Source: a candidate division WOR-3 bacterium (GTDB lineage: Bacteria; Hydrothermota; Tepidihabitantia; Tepidihabitantales; Tepidihabitantaceae). From it: a stretch of DNA of 64,000 bases. Positions within the stretch are counted from its first letter, which is position 1, and the number at the start of each line of letters is the position of its first letter. The stretch covers positions 84,611-148,610 of the forward strand of contig JBBISL010000001.1 of NCBI GenBank assembly GCA_037441285.1, written 5' to 3'. This document shows, piece after piece, positions 18,285-27,943 of this stretch. The notes beneath the pieces were generated by a model, which was given only the letters and a program-made list of their open reading frames with translations, ran no database searches and had not been told where the DNA came from. Both the position numbers and the translations under genes were made by a program.

Positions 18285-19309
18285 AGATTTTACTTGGCTC
18301 TTTCTCGGCAATTACAACCCTTGGTGGAGGAGTTGAAACACAGGTGCGTTCTTTGGCTAACGCCCTGATTCAAAAGGGAACAGAGGTTGAATTGTTTGAC
18401 CCCTGGAAAAGATACAATCTAAAAGAGTACGCCTTTTTTCATCTTTTCGGGGCCAATCTCGGAACTTACCATTTAGGGCGGTCAATAAAAAACACCGGGA
18501 TGAAGCTCGTTGTAACACCCATATTTTACAGCCGAAGTAGGCCTAAAAAATTGAGATTTAATCTAATGCTCGGTACCGGCTTACGCAAATATGGTGGTTT
18601 CTGGTCAGAACACATTTTCTGCAAAGAGCTGTGCGAAATGGCGGACCTGGTAATCGTCAATACAAAAGCAGAATTAAATTTGATTGAAAAAGGTTTAGGT
18701 GTACCAAGGGAAAAAATGCAAATAGTACCCAACGGGGCTGATCAAAGATTTGCCAATGCATCGCCCGAACTTTTTATAAAGGAACATAAAATCCAAAACT
18801 TCGTGCTTTATGTAGGGCATATTGGATGGGGGAGAAAGAATGTATTACCATTGCTTAAAGTTTTACGCAAAACAGGATTAAAAGCGGTTCTGATTGGACC
18901 GGTATTAAACAACGCATATGGGCTTCAATGCCTTAAAATCGTTTCCAACACGCCAACAATAAAACTTATTAGGGGTTTGGCCAACGATTCCCCAATACTG
19001 GAATCGGCTTATGCGGCATGTGACACATTCGTTCTGCCATCTTTATACGAAACACCGGGTTTAGCAGCACTGGAAGCCGCTTTAGCCGGCGCAAAGATAT
19101 GCATAACTAAGTACGGTGGTACCACAGAGTATTTTGGCGAATACGCAACCTACCTTGAACCCAAAAAAGAAAAATCCATCGAAGAAGCCCTGCTTACAAC
19201 TGTTAACAAACCAAAAACCACCGCGCTCCAAAAACATATAAAAGAAAATTTCACCTGGGACAAATGCGCAGCAAAACTTTTAGATGTTTATACCCAGCAC
19301 TTTAAGTAA
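18281..19309 (+). CDS. glycosyltransferase family 1 or 4
   Basis: The C-terminal PSLYETPGLAALEAALAGAKI matches the E-x7-E motif region, and there is an ATGA overlap with the upstream gene. Confidence 0.8.
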   Translation: MKILLGSFSAITTLGGGVETQVRSLANALIQKGTEVELFDPWKRYNLKEYAFFHLFGANLGTYHLGRSIKNTGMKLVVTPIFYSRSRPKKLRFNLMLGTGLRKYGGFWSEHIFCKELCEMADLVIVNTKAELNLIEKGLGVPREKMQIVPNGADQRFANASPELFIKEHKIQNFVLYVGHIGWGRKNVLPLLKVLRKTGLKAVLIGPVLNNAYGLQCLKIVSNTPTIKLIRGLANDSPILESAYAACDTFVLPSLYETPGLAALEAALAGAKICITKYGGTTEYFGEYATYLEPKKEKSIEEALLTTVNKPKTTALQKHIKENFTWDKCAAKLLDVYTQHFK

Positions 19310-19439
19310 GAGAGGAGACCAGAATTCCCAACACCGTAGAATCGAATTCCCTTAGTTTTTCTCAAAGAAAATTTAGTTTACATAATAAATATTATCAGAA
19401 GAGGTGTAAATTGTAAATAATCCCGCTGGCTTGCTTTCT

Positions 19440-19799
19440 CTAAAATTTGAACCAGTTAGCCGCGAGGTTGCCAAGTATCGGCATTTTCCAGTACTTGCCG
19501 CTTGCTGCATTGATTATGCCCATTATTATCATTACGACAATGTACACGTAGACGACGAATGTCACAATCCATCCGATGAACGGAATCCAGCCAATAATCC
19601 AAATTGCAATGCTTAATATGGTAAGAATAATGCCCTGCTTTACATGGAACTTGCAAAATGCGTTGTCTTTCATCGCCAGCAGCGGTACTAACCACAGTAG
19701 CCATAAGTAAGACAACCAGGCTAATCCTTTGCCTTTTTCAATATCGTCATCCGGGGTGCTTGCGGGCATCTGTTCTACCTTTTTTTCTTCCTCTGCCAT
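19440..19799 (-). CDS. small multi-pass membrane protein (DUF4870-like)
   Basis: LAWLSYLWLLWLVPLLAMKDNAFCKFHVKQGIIL resembles the DUF4870 signature from memory. An AGGAGG Shine-Dalgarno site lies upstream. Confidence 0.55.
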   Translation of the reverse strand: MAEEEKKVEQMPASTPDDDIEKGKGLAWLSYLWLLWLVPLLAMKDNAFCKFHVKQGIILTILSIAIWIIGWIPFIGWIVTFVVYVYIVVMIIMGIINAASGKYWKMPILGNLAANWFKF

Positions 19800-19818
19800 T
19801 TTTCCTCCTTTGCGTTAT

Positions 19819-20232
19819 TTACTTTTCTCCGCGCAACCGGTCTATGTAACCACTTAGGATTGGAATACGCCAGTAACGACCGGCTGCTGCCTGCACCATA
19901 CCAGCAATAGATAATATTATATACAGCAAAGAAATTACCGTGCCTACCAAATAATGAAATGTCCAGGCCGCGGCTTTAAAAATGAAACCGATAAATATAA
20001 CATTCCCAAGAACTTTCCCGAGAATTAAATCAAGAATGTAAACACATAGCCAGAAAATGGTTAATGTGCATATCAGTATTACACTCTGAATACCGTGAAA
20101 ACGGCAAAAATTATCCCGGGGTCGCACTAAGAGTGGCAAGAAGAACAGCATCGGAATGTAACCTAACGCGGCAAGTAGTTTTCCTTCCTGGGAAACGGCT
20201 TGATATTGTTCTGGCGTGTCTCGCATTTCCAT
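19819..20232 (-). CDS. small multi-pass membrane protein (DUF4870-like), paralog of the downstream gene
   Basis: LAALGYIPMLFFLPLLVRPRDNFCRFHGIQSVIL. Its C-terminal ...AAGRYWRIPILSGYI parallels ...ASGKYWKMPILGNLA in the neighbouring gene. Confidence 0.55.
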   Translation of the reverse strand: MEMRDTPEQYQAVSQEGKLLAALGYIPMLFFLPLLVRPRDNFCRFHGIQSVILICTLTIFWLCVYILDLILGKVLGNVIFIGFIFKAAAWTFHYLVGTVISLLYIILSIAGMVQAAAGRYWRIPILSGYIDRLRGEK

Positions 20233-20240
20233 TTGAATTG

Positions 20241-20268
20241 ATTATACCAAATTGAATCAAGCTGTCAA
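20241..20268 (-). promoter_or_regulatory. consensus sigma70 promoter abutting the start codon (leaderless prediction)
   Basis: On the minus strand: TTGACA 20268-20263, 16-nt spacer, TATAAT 20246-20241, ATG at 20232 (8-nt gap). Confidence 0.65.
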
Positions 20269-20353
20269 AATTCAATTATTAAACAGTTTTTCCCCTTTAT
20301 CGCCTGCCTGCCCTATGAACTAACTTGCTTAATTTTCAAATAAGTTCAACTGC

Positions 20354-20381
20354 TTGACTTGTACCGAGAACTTTTTAACAT
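20354..20381 (+). promoter_or_regulatory. sigma70-type promoter abutting the thi4 start (leaderless prediction)
   Basis: TTGACT 20354-20359, 16-nt spacer, TAACAT 20376-20381, ATG at 20387 (5-nt gap). The ORF-track TTG start at 20354 is the -35 box itself. Confidence 0.55.
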
Positions 20382-20386
20382 TTCCT

Positions 20387-21178
20387 ATGATTAAAGATGT
20401 TGAAATTTCAAGGGCAATCATCGAACGCTGGACCGAAAAGTTTATAAATAGTCTTGAAAATGATGTAGTAATTGTTGGGGCAGGACCATCTGGTTTAACT
20501 GCTGCCTGGAAACTTGCCGAAAAGGGGTTAAAGGTAACTGTTTTTGAACGAGCACTCAAACCGGGCGGCGGCTTACCAGGTGGTGGAATGATGTTCTCTG
20601 ACATCGTCGTACAAAAAGAAGCAACTGAAATCCTGCAACAATTGGGCGTGAGTTTTATTGAACAACGGCCGGGCTATTTTGTGGTTGATGCGAACGAAAC
20701 CCTTGGTGCATTGCTCGTTAAAGTTTACCGCTCCGGAGTAAAATTGTTTAATCTTATTAGCGCTGAAGATATCGTGCTGATTGGCGACCGCGTTCAGGGG
20801 CTGGTGTTAAATTGGACTGCGGTAGAAATGGCAAAACTACATGTCGACCCGCTTACGATATATTCTAAGGTTGTCGTTGATGCTACGGGCCACGCCGCCG
20901 AGGTTGTAAATCATCTTATCCGCAAGGCAAAAGTCCGGCTGGCAACCCCTTCCGGGACAATAGAAGGAGAGCGGCCCATGTGGGCCGACGAAGCGGAAAG
21001 ATTAACTCTTATCAACACACAAGAGATTTTCCCGGGCCTCTGGGTAACAGGAATGGCGGCAAACGCTGTATTTGGCGGACCGCGCATGGGTCCAATCTTC
21101 GGTGGAATGTTCCTTTCCGGTGTCAAAGTTGCCGAAGACATCGCGCATTTCTTAAAGAGCAATGCAACAATACCGTAA
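20387..21178 (+). CDS. thi4: thiazole synthase Thi4 family (sulfide-dependent ADP-thiazole synthase)
   Basis: FAD/NAD dinucleotide motif VVIVGAGPSGLTAA, plus KPGGGLPGGGMMF and TGHAAEV motifs, with a length of about 263 aa. Confidence 0.88.
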   Translation: MIKDVEISRAIIERWTEKFINSLENDVVIVGAGPSGLTAAWKLAEKGLKVTVFERALKPGGGLPGGGMMFSDIVVQKEATEILQQLGVSFIEQRPGYFVVDANETLGALLVKVYRSGVKLFNLISAEDIVLIGDRVQGLVLNWTAVEMAKLHVDPLTIYSKVVVDATGHAAEVVNHLIRKAKVRLATPSGTIEGERPMWADEAERLTLINTQEIFPGLWVTGMAANAVFGGPRMGPIFGGMFLSGVKVAEDIAHFLKSNATIP

Positions 21179-21644
21179 ATTACTTCTTTTTCTTTTGCAA
21201 CTGTTCATTGCTTGCGGTTATTCGACCCGCTCTCTTCTCCCCTCTCATTTGAAAACCGTTGCCCTTGGTTCAATTGAAAACTCTTCAACCCAACCGGGCT
21301 TAGCCGAAGAACTGACTTTCGCCCTTCCCAAAGCATTTAATCTTGACCGTTCGCTCCGCGTTACCAGTGTTGAACAAGCCCACTTACTTTTGACGGCAGT
21401 TATTACTAACTACTCCAGAACTGCGGCGGCGTATAACTCCAACCAGGAAGTGTCCACCTATGAAATAAGTATCACCGCCAATGTTGAAGTTATTGACCAA
21501 ATTAGAAACGAGCCCTTTTTTAACGGAAGTATATCAAGCCGTGTTTCCTATAATCCAGAAAGTAGTTCGGAAGAGGAGGTGGCTAAAAAAGCAATTGAAA
21601 AGCTTGCCCAAGAGATTGTACGGCAAGTGATTACCGCATGGTAA
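21162..21644 (+). CDS. lptE: LPS-assembly lipoprotein LptE-like
   Basis: A lipobox-like FIAC is followed by GYSTRSLLPSHLKTVALGSIENSSTQPGLAEEL, the typical LptE N-terminal pattern. It is about 160 aa. Confidence 0.55.
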   Translation: MQQYRKLLLFLLQLFIACGYSTRSLLPSHLKTVALGSIENSSTQPGLAEELTFALPKAFNLDRSLRVTSVEQAHLLLTAVITNYSRTAAAYNSNQEVSTYEISITANVEVIDQIRNEPFFNGSISSRVSYNPESSSEEEVAKKAIEKLAQEIVRQVITAW

Positions 21645-22987
21645 AGCATTCATCCTCCCCACCTTCAACCGGTGATAGAGTTGAAATGTTTGTTGACCGT
21701 ATTGTTGCCGGTGGCACCGGCCTTGCTGACTTAAATGGATGGAAGGTGTTTATTCCGTATGCCGCACCCCAGGAAAGAGTTGTGGCACAGATCGTCATAA
21801 GAAAAAGGGATTACGGCATTGCCCGGATAAAAGAAATATTAGAACCATCCCCCTTTCGCGTTTCCGCCCCCTGTCCGTATTACGAAAAATGCGGTGGTTG
21901 CCATTTACAACACATTATTTACGAAGAGCAACTGGTAATTAAAAAATTGCTGGTAAATGATGCCTTACAAAGGATTGGCAAAATTTTTGTTCCGGTTGCT
22001 AACATTAATTCCCCATCGACCCCATGGCGTTATCGCAACAAGACCCAATACCCTGTTTCCGGCAGCACAAAAAAAATTCGAATTGGATTCTACCAGAGGC
22101 AGAGCCATCGGGTAATCGATATCCCGGATTGTCTACTTCATCCTGAAGAGTTCAATTTGTTGCGTAAAAAAACATACGATGCCTTTGTTAAATTCGGCGA
22201 AACCCCGTATAACGAAATACAACAGTCAGGGAATATCCGACACCTGGTAATGCGCCAGGGTACAAACGGCGAAATACTCTTAATTGTGGTAACGAGGACC
22301 AAAGATATAAACCCGCAAGTTATTTCTTATCTGTCTGATTTCCCCTCTCTTTCTGGAATCGTTCAGAATATAAATCCGCTACCGACGAATAAAATTCTTG
22401 ATAATGATCGTATTGTCCTCTGGGGAAAGGAATATATCACGATAAAAATTCTCGAGAAAGAGTTTCGGGTTTCTGCCAGTTCATTTTTCCAGGTTAATGC
22501 TCCTGAAGCCGAGGCACTCTGTTCGAAAGTAATTCAGGCAATTAACCCGCAGGGCGATGAGGTTGTACTCGACTTGTTCTGCGGGGTTGGGTTGATCAGT
22601 TTACTGCTGGCAGAAAGGGTTCGGAAAGTTATCGGCATCGAAATCGCACAAAACGCAGTTGCTGATGCCCGTTTCAATACTAAGCATCTCGGTATCACCA
22701 ATGCCGAGTTCATTCAGGGTGATGTCGACGCCATCTTAAAAAAAATCGAGCATGCCGATGTAATTGTCGTTGACCCTCCGCGTAAAGGGTGTTCTGCCAG
22801 TACCATTTCGCGCATCGTTGACCTGTCTCCCCGAATATTAATTTATATCTCCTGCAACCCGGCGACGCTGGCGCGCGACCTTGCCCTTCTGGAAAATTCG
22901 GGTTATTCTTGTATATCGGTTGAACCATTAGATATGTTTCCCCAAACTGCCCATGTCGAGGTCGTAGCAAAGGTTATCCGAAAGTAA
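21638..22987 (+). CDS. rlmD: 23S rRNA (uracil-C5)-methyltransferase RlmD/RumA family
   Basis: N-terminal TRAM domain, the Fe-S cysteines CPYYEKCGGCHLQH, SAM-binding DLFCGVG, and catalytic DPPRKG ... YISCNPATLARD. Confidence 0.88.
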   Translation: MVKHSSSPPSTGDRVEMFVDRIVAGGTGLADLNGWKVFIPYAAPQERVVAQIVIRKRDYGIARIKEILEPSPFRVSAPCPYYEKCGGCHLQHIIYEEQLVIKKLLVNDALQRIGKIFVPVANINSPSTPWRYRNKTQYPVSGSTKKIRIGFYQRQSHRVIDIPDCLLHPEEFNLLRKKTYDAFVKFGETPYNEIQQSGNIRHLVMRQGTNGEILLIVVTRTKDINPQVISYLSDFPSLSGIVQNINPLPTNKILDNDRIVLWGKEYITIKILEKEFRVSASSFFQVNAPEAEALCSKVIQAINPQGDEVVLDLFCGVGLISLLLAERVRKVIGIEIAQNAVADARFNTKHLGITNAEFIQGDVDAILKKIEHADVIVVDPPRKGCSASTISRIVDLSPRILIYISCNPATLARDLALLENSGYSCISVEPLDMFPQTAHVEVVAKVIRK

Positions 22988-22991
22988 CGCA

Positions 22992-24479
22992 ATGGATGTA
23001 TTTGAGGGTTTAATAATTGTTGATGCGCAGAGCCCACCCGTTGCCGGGAAGTTGCTAATAGAGAGTGGAAAAGTTGCCGCAATTTTACCGAGTCCCGAAC
23101 CAAAAACAAAAACTTATATCGCCCCTGGTTTCATCGACGCTCATATCCATCCAATAGAAACTGGTTTGGGAATGATTTATCCGGATTTTTCGGCTGCTTC
23201 TTCAATCGCCGAGGTCTTAGGAATTCTCGCAGCGAGCATTGCCCGGATGTCCGATTCCCCTGTTTTTCTGGGATTCAACTTGGACCCGGACCGGTTAAAA
23301 GAGCACCGCTATCCCTACCGCCGGGAATTAGACCGGATACTGGACCGCGTCCCAACCTTGATTTATCGTGTTGATGGCCATTCTGCCGCAGTAAACTCCC
23401 GAGCACTCGAAATGCTACCTGAAATAAATTTTCCCGGTGTGGAATTGGACGGTGCCGGTAAACCAACCGGCGTTGTTAGAAGTAAGGCATACGAACTCCT
23501 TTCGGCAAACCTAAAACGCCGGCTCCCCTCAGAAATTATCCAGGAGGCAATCAACTTCACCGCGCACATCGCTTTGCGAAACGGCGTCATTGCTTTAGGA
23601 GCAATGGTGGGCTCGGACGAATATAGCGAAAACGAATGGGCAACTTTGCTTAACGCCCTTACCAGCGCACCCATCAAAATGATTCCCTACCTTCAAACCT
23701 GGAATGTAAAAGCGGCTCAGCAGTTTTCTCTATCTCGAATCGGAGGTTGTTTATTACTTGACGGCTCCTTTGGTTCGCACACTGCGGCACTTCTTGAAGA
23801 CTATGCCGACGCCTTAGGATACCAGGGCGTACTTTACCAGGAAGACAGCCACATAATCGAATTCCTCAAACAGGCGATTAAAATGAACTTACAAACTGCG
23901 TTCCACGCCATTGGTGACCGTGCCGTGGAACAAATCGTCCGCTGCCACGAACAGGTTGCCAGCGCAATGCCCAGAAAAGCCTTGCGCCACCGGATTGAAC
24001 ATGCCGAGCTGCTTTCTTCTGATTTAATTAAAAGGATTGCGGCGCAGGAGTTGGTCATCTGTGTCCAACCTGCCTTTGAAACTACCTGGGGCGGACCACA
24101 GGGTATGTATGCCAAGCGATTGGGTGCGCGCTGGCGGTTTACCAACCCCTATCGAACCCTGTTTGACAACAAAATCGTTGTCGCCGGCGGCTCCGATGCA
24201 CCAATCACACCCCTTGACCCACTCCGCGGGATTTATGCGGCAATGAACCTGCCCAATGAAGCACAACGAATCACCGGACCTGAGGCACTGGTGCTTTTTA
24301 CCGAAAATGCGGCATACGCGCTCGGTATTGAAAATACCAGCGGCAAACTTGCTCCGGGCATGGAAGCCAATTTTGTCGTGCTCAGCGGCGACCCCAGAGA
24401 AGATGTCCATTGCCAGATATTGGCAACATATTACCAAGGTAAATTGCTTTTTAGCACCCCTCTTGTGAAAGAAAGATGA
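22992..24479 (+). CDS. amidohydrolase family protein (YtcJ-like metal-dependent hydrolase)
   Basis: PGFIDAHIHP metal motif, later AFHAIGDRA, HRIEHAE and GGSDAP. Confidence 0.8.
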   Translation: MDVFEGLIIVDAQSPPVAGKLLIESGKVAAILPSPEPKTKTYIAPGFIDAHIHPIETGLGMIYPDFSAASSIAEVLGILAASIARMSDSPVFLGFNLDPDRLKEHRYPYRRELDRILDRVPTLIYRVDGHSAAVNSRALEMLPEINFPGVELDGAGKPTGVVRSKAYELLSANLKRRLPSEIIQEAINFTAHIALRNGVIALGAMVGSDEYSENEWATLLNALTSAPIKMIPYLQTWNVKAAQQFSLSRIGGCLLLDGSFGSHTAALLEDYADALGYQGVLYQEDSHIIEFLKQAIKMNLQTAFHAIGDRAVEQIVRCHEQVASAMPRKALRHRIEHAELLSSDLIKRIAAQELVICVQPAFETTWGGPQGMYAKRLGARWRFTNPYRTLFDNKIVVAGGSDAPITPLDPLRGIYAAMNLPNEAQRITGPEALVLFTENAAYALGIENTSGKLAPGMEANFVVLSGDPREDVHCQILATYYQGKLLFSTPLVKER

Positions 24480-26197
24480 AAAATCAAGAACTTGCCGAAA
24501 TCTTTGACCAGATTGCCGATGCCTTAGAGCTAAAAGGAGAAACCGGCTTTCGGGTCCTCGCCTATCGGAAGGCAGCCCGGGTGCTTGCCGAATTAACCGA
24601 AGATATCGAAGAACTCGACCGGGAGAATCGATTAGAAACTGTCCCGGGGATTGGTTCCGGAATTGCCAAAAAGATTCATGAGTATCTAACCACCGGCAAA
24701 ATGCAAAAACTCAAAGAGGTGACGAATGGCCTGGAACCAGGCCTCTTTGTCCTGCTAAAAATTCCCGGGGTTGGACCCAAAACAGTACGGCTTCTTAATC
24801 AGAAACTCGGGGTAAAAGACCTCGAAGATTTAAAGCGAGTGCTTGCCGACGGTTCAGCCGCAAAACTACCCGGTATGGGAGCAAAAAAAGTAGAAAACAT
24901 CCTGCAGGGCATACAAACCGCCGAACATGCCGGAGAAAGGATGTATCTAAACGAAGCGTATGAGTTAGCCGAAGCGATTGTGAACCAGATTAAGAATGCG
25001 GGCGTTGCGGACCAGGTGACTTTTGCCGGTTCCCTGCGCCGGGGCAAAGAAACAATCGGCGACATCGACATCCTTGCCAGCGGGAAAAATCCGACCGCGA
25101 TTATCAACTGTTTTATTAATTATCCCAAAAAACACCAGGTGGTTTCCGCCGGTGATACCAAGGCGTCGATTGTTGTCAACACCGGAAAGGCGCTTCGTCA
25201 GATTGACCTGCGAGTTGTCCACAGAAACGAGTTCGGTGCTGCCCTGCAGTACTTTACCGGTTCGAAAGCCCACAATATCGCCCTGAGAACAATAGCTCAG
25301 AAACAGGGTTTGATGATTTATGAATATGGCGTTTTCGGAGTAGAATAAAGCATTGCCGGAAAAAATGAAACCGAAGAGTATCAAGCCCTTGGTCTCCCCT
25401 ACATCGAACCTGAGTTACGAGAAGACCGGGGTGAAATCGAAGCCGCAAAATCCGGGCGTCTTCCCCGCCTCATTCAATTAACCGACATTAAATCGGACCT
25501 TCATATCCATACCGACGCTTCTGACGGTCTATCAACACTGGAAGATATTGTTACCGCCTGTCGGCAAAGAGGTTATACCCATATTGCAATTGCGGAACAT
25601 TCGGTATCAGCCGGTTACGCCGGAGGACTTAGTGAGGATGAACTCCTCCGCCGGTGTGAGACGATTGACCAGTTAAACAACAAACTCACCGGATTCCAGG
25701 TGTTAAAAGCCGCGGAAGTAGACATCACACCTGAAGGAAAACTTGACTATTCCGACCGAACTCTCAGGCAATTAGACCTGGTTATTGCCTCAATTCACCA
25801 GGCATTTAACCGGGAAGCAACCAGGCGCATCTGCTTTGCAATTGAACACCCACTGGTCCATATCATCGCCCACCCGAGCGGTCGGCTTATCAACAAAAGA
25901 CCTGGCTATGATATCGACCTCGAAAAGGTAATCGAATGGGCCGCTAAATTCAAAAAAGTCCTTGAGATTAACTCGTATTACGCCCGTCTGGATTTAAACG
26001 ATGTCTGGGCAAAAAGGGCAAAAGATGCGGGCGTCCTTCTGGCAATTAACACCGATGCTCATGCGGTTGCCGACCTCTCCTGGATGCGTTACGGGGTCAT
26101 TACCGCACGCCGGGCATGGCTGGAAAAAACCGATGTGATTAATTGCCTTACCTTAAACCAGCTTTTAAAACTTTTAAAAACCATCCAACAGATTTAA
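24476..26197 (+). pseudogene. polX: family X DNA polymerase with C-terminal PHP domain, interrupted by one in-frame TAA at 25346-25348
   Basis: The N-terminal part (24476-25345) has HhH and Pol-beta-like motifs (VPGIGSGIAKKI, GSLRRGKETIGDIDIL). After FGVE-TAA the same frame continues with SIAGKNETEEYQALGLPYIEPELREDRGEIEAA...DLHIHTDASDG (PHP domain) to 26197. Confidence 0.8.
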
Positions 26198-26850
26198 CGC
26201 CCGCTCATTCGTTTATCCAGCCATCGACAGCCGGCTAAAACCTCTTTCAGGCTGCCAATCTGATGTTCACCTTTTGTCACAAGCAAGGTACAAGCCACAC
26301 CCGCGGACGCAAACTCTTCAAACATCCTGTAATTACTCTGGCAATTCCAGTCTTTTTCCCTCGTAACAAGATAGATGAAGTTGTTGGCAAAAATCGAGGG
26401 GGAATCGGTTAATCTCGGTGCTACCATCGGAGCACATACCGCAACCACGCCCCGGATTAACTCCGGATGCAGCAGGGCTGTTGCCAATGCCTGACTGCCC
26501 TGACCGGAAAATCCATAAATAACAATCCGACTGGAATCAACCGGATATCGGTTAATTAACTTCTTCACAGTGTGATAGATATCAACATCGTTAAGATAGA
26601 TGTCTCGATGGTTGCGACTTGCATGGCAGGTAGCCAACGCCCAATTCAGAGAGTCCGCAATAAGTCTAAAACTGTCGATATCTCCGCGGGTTGCACCATT
26701 GCACTGGAGGACAATTAAACCCGGGACCAGGTTTTTGTCGCACTCAACCCTTGACGGCACATAGTAACAGTTGCTGTCTTCATCGCAATACACCACGGGC
26801 TGAGCAATCAAATTCAGCGCAAGAACGCACAATCCCCAGAAAAGTTCCAT
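26194..26850 (-). CDS. secreted alpha/beta-hydrolase-like protein
   Basis: An N-terminal signal peptide and the GFSGQG nucleophile elbow (GxSxG). Confidence 0.5.
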   Translation of the reverse strand: MELFWGLCVLALNLIAQPVVYCDEDSNCYYVPSRVECDKNLVPGLIVLQCNGATRGDIDSFRLIADSLNWALATCHASRNHRDIYLNDVDIYHTVKKLINRYPVDSSRIVIYGFSGQGSQALATALLHPELIRGVVAVCAPMVAPRLTDSPSIFANNFIYLVTREKDWNCQSNYRMFEEFASAGVACTLLVTKGEHQIGSLKEVLAGCRWLDKRMSGR

Positions 26851-26857
26851 TTCGAGC

Positions 26858-27943
26858 CTACCTTTCGGCTTTTAATAATAGTATGGCGCCACTAATGCCA
26901 AAAACGATATTGGGTAGCCAAGCAGAAAGTACCGGACTTATGATATGAGCATAACCGAAAGCCCGACAAATCTGAATAGCGCCCCAGTATAAAAAAGAAA
27001 AAAGCAACCCCAAGCCCAAACCTAACATAACCCCGCCCCGGCGCAGTTTTACCGCAAGGGGCAGTCCTAAAACGGTCACGATTAAACCAATTAGGGCATA
27101 AGAAAATCGATAATGGTATTCAACCTCTTCCCGTGCAACATTTTCCCCCGCCCTTTTCATTTTAGCAATATAGCGCCTTAAAAATGGCGTTGATGTTTCC
27201 TCAATCGGACGCATCGGCATCAACCACTCATCTGGAGAAAAGTGGAACATACTTAGTGCGACGCGCTTTAATCGCTGAAATTTTTCTTCGCCCCCGGCCG
27301 AAAATTGCCGAAGCACAATATTGTCTCCAACCCAACCACTGTCGCCCAAAGTTGCTGTTTCCCCATCAACCCGCGTCGCTACCTGCCGTTCTTTATTCAG
27401 TTCCAGAAGTAAAAAATTGTGTAACTTCGCTTCATCCTTTGTCTTTTGCCACTCCCGAATCCATAGTACCCGGTTGCCATCAACTCGATACACATCAACA
27501 CTGCGCTGTTCAACCGGCACCGACCGTTTTTCAATAACATAGCGACGTAAATCACTGAGGTGGCGGTTAAAAGGAACTGTTATCAACTCATTACCCACCA
27601 GGTACAACAGCCCGGTTAATGCGCCGATAACTATCGCCGGTATAAAAAGGCGATAAATTATTACCCCGGCACTTTTAAAAGCGGCGATTTCGTGGTAACG
27701 GGTCATCTGGCCATACACGACGAATACCGCTAAAACAAGACTTACCGGATACAAAAGCGCTATTGCCGTGGGCAGGCTATAAAAATAATAACGAAGGACA
27801 ACCGGCAGCGTAACATTGCGGCTGGTGAAATAACTCAGTTCTTCAAAAAGGTCGATTAAGAGATAAATTGTTACCACGCTCAGAAGTGCCAGCAGGGTAA
27901 ACTTGATAAGTTCATAAAAGAGGTGGCGATAAATTATCTTCAT
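26858..27943 (-). CDS. lptG: LptF/LptG family permease (YjgP/YjgQ)
   Basis: It has the six-TM YjgP/YjgQ layout with a periplasmic beta-jellyroll insert, and starts MKIIYRHLFYELIKFTLLAL. Confidence 0.78.
   Translation of the reverse strand: MKIIYRHLFYELIKFTLLALLSVVTIYLLIDLFEELSYFTSRNVTLPVVLRYYFYSLPTAIALLYPVSLVLAVFVVYGQMTRYHEIAAFKSAGVIIYRLFIPAIVIGALTGLLYLVGNELITVPFNRHLSDLRRYVIEKRSVPVEQRSVDVYRVDGNRVLWIREWQKTKDEAKLHNFLLLELNKERQVATRVDGETATLGDSGWVGDNIVLRQFSAGGEEKFQRLKRVALSMFHFSPDEWLMPMRPIEETSTPFLRRYIAKMKRAGENVAREEVEYHYRFSYALIGLIVTVLGLPLAVKLRRGGVMLGLGLGLLFSFLYWGAIQICRAFGYAHIISPVLSAWLPNIVFGISGAILLLKAER

Noticed and set aside
20354-20386. ORF-track TTG start codons at 20354 (thi4), 60297 (membrane gene 1) and 50855 (purE)
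   Set aside because: The TTGs at 20354 and 60297 are the first bases of TTGACx -35 hexamers, and the TTG at 50855 falls in the spacer of the purE promoter. The conserved protein N-termini begin at the downstream ATGs (20387, 60333, 50840).
20233-20386. Possible TPP riboswitch upstream of thi4
   Set aside because: I found no CUGAGA or ACCUGAUCUGGAUAAUGCCAGCG-like elements. The predicted promoter also ends 5 nt before the ATG, which leaves no leader.
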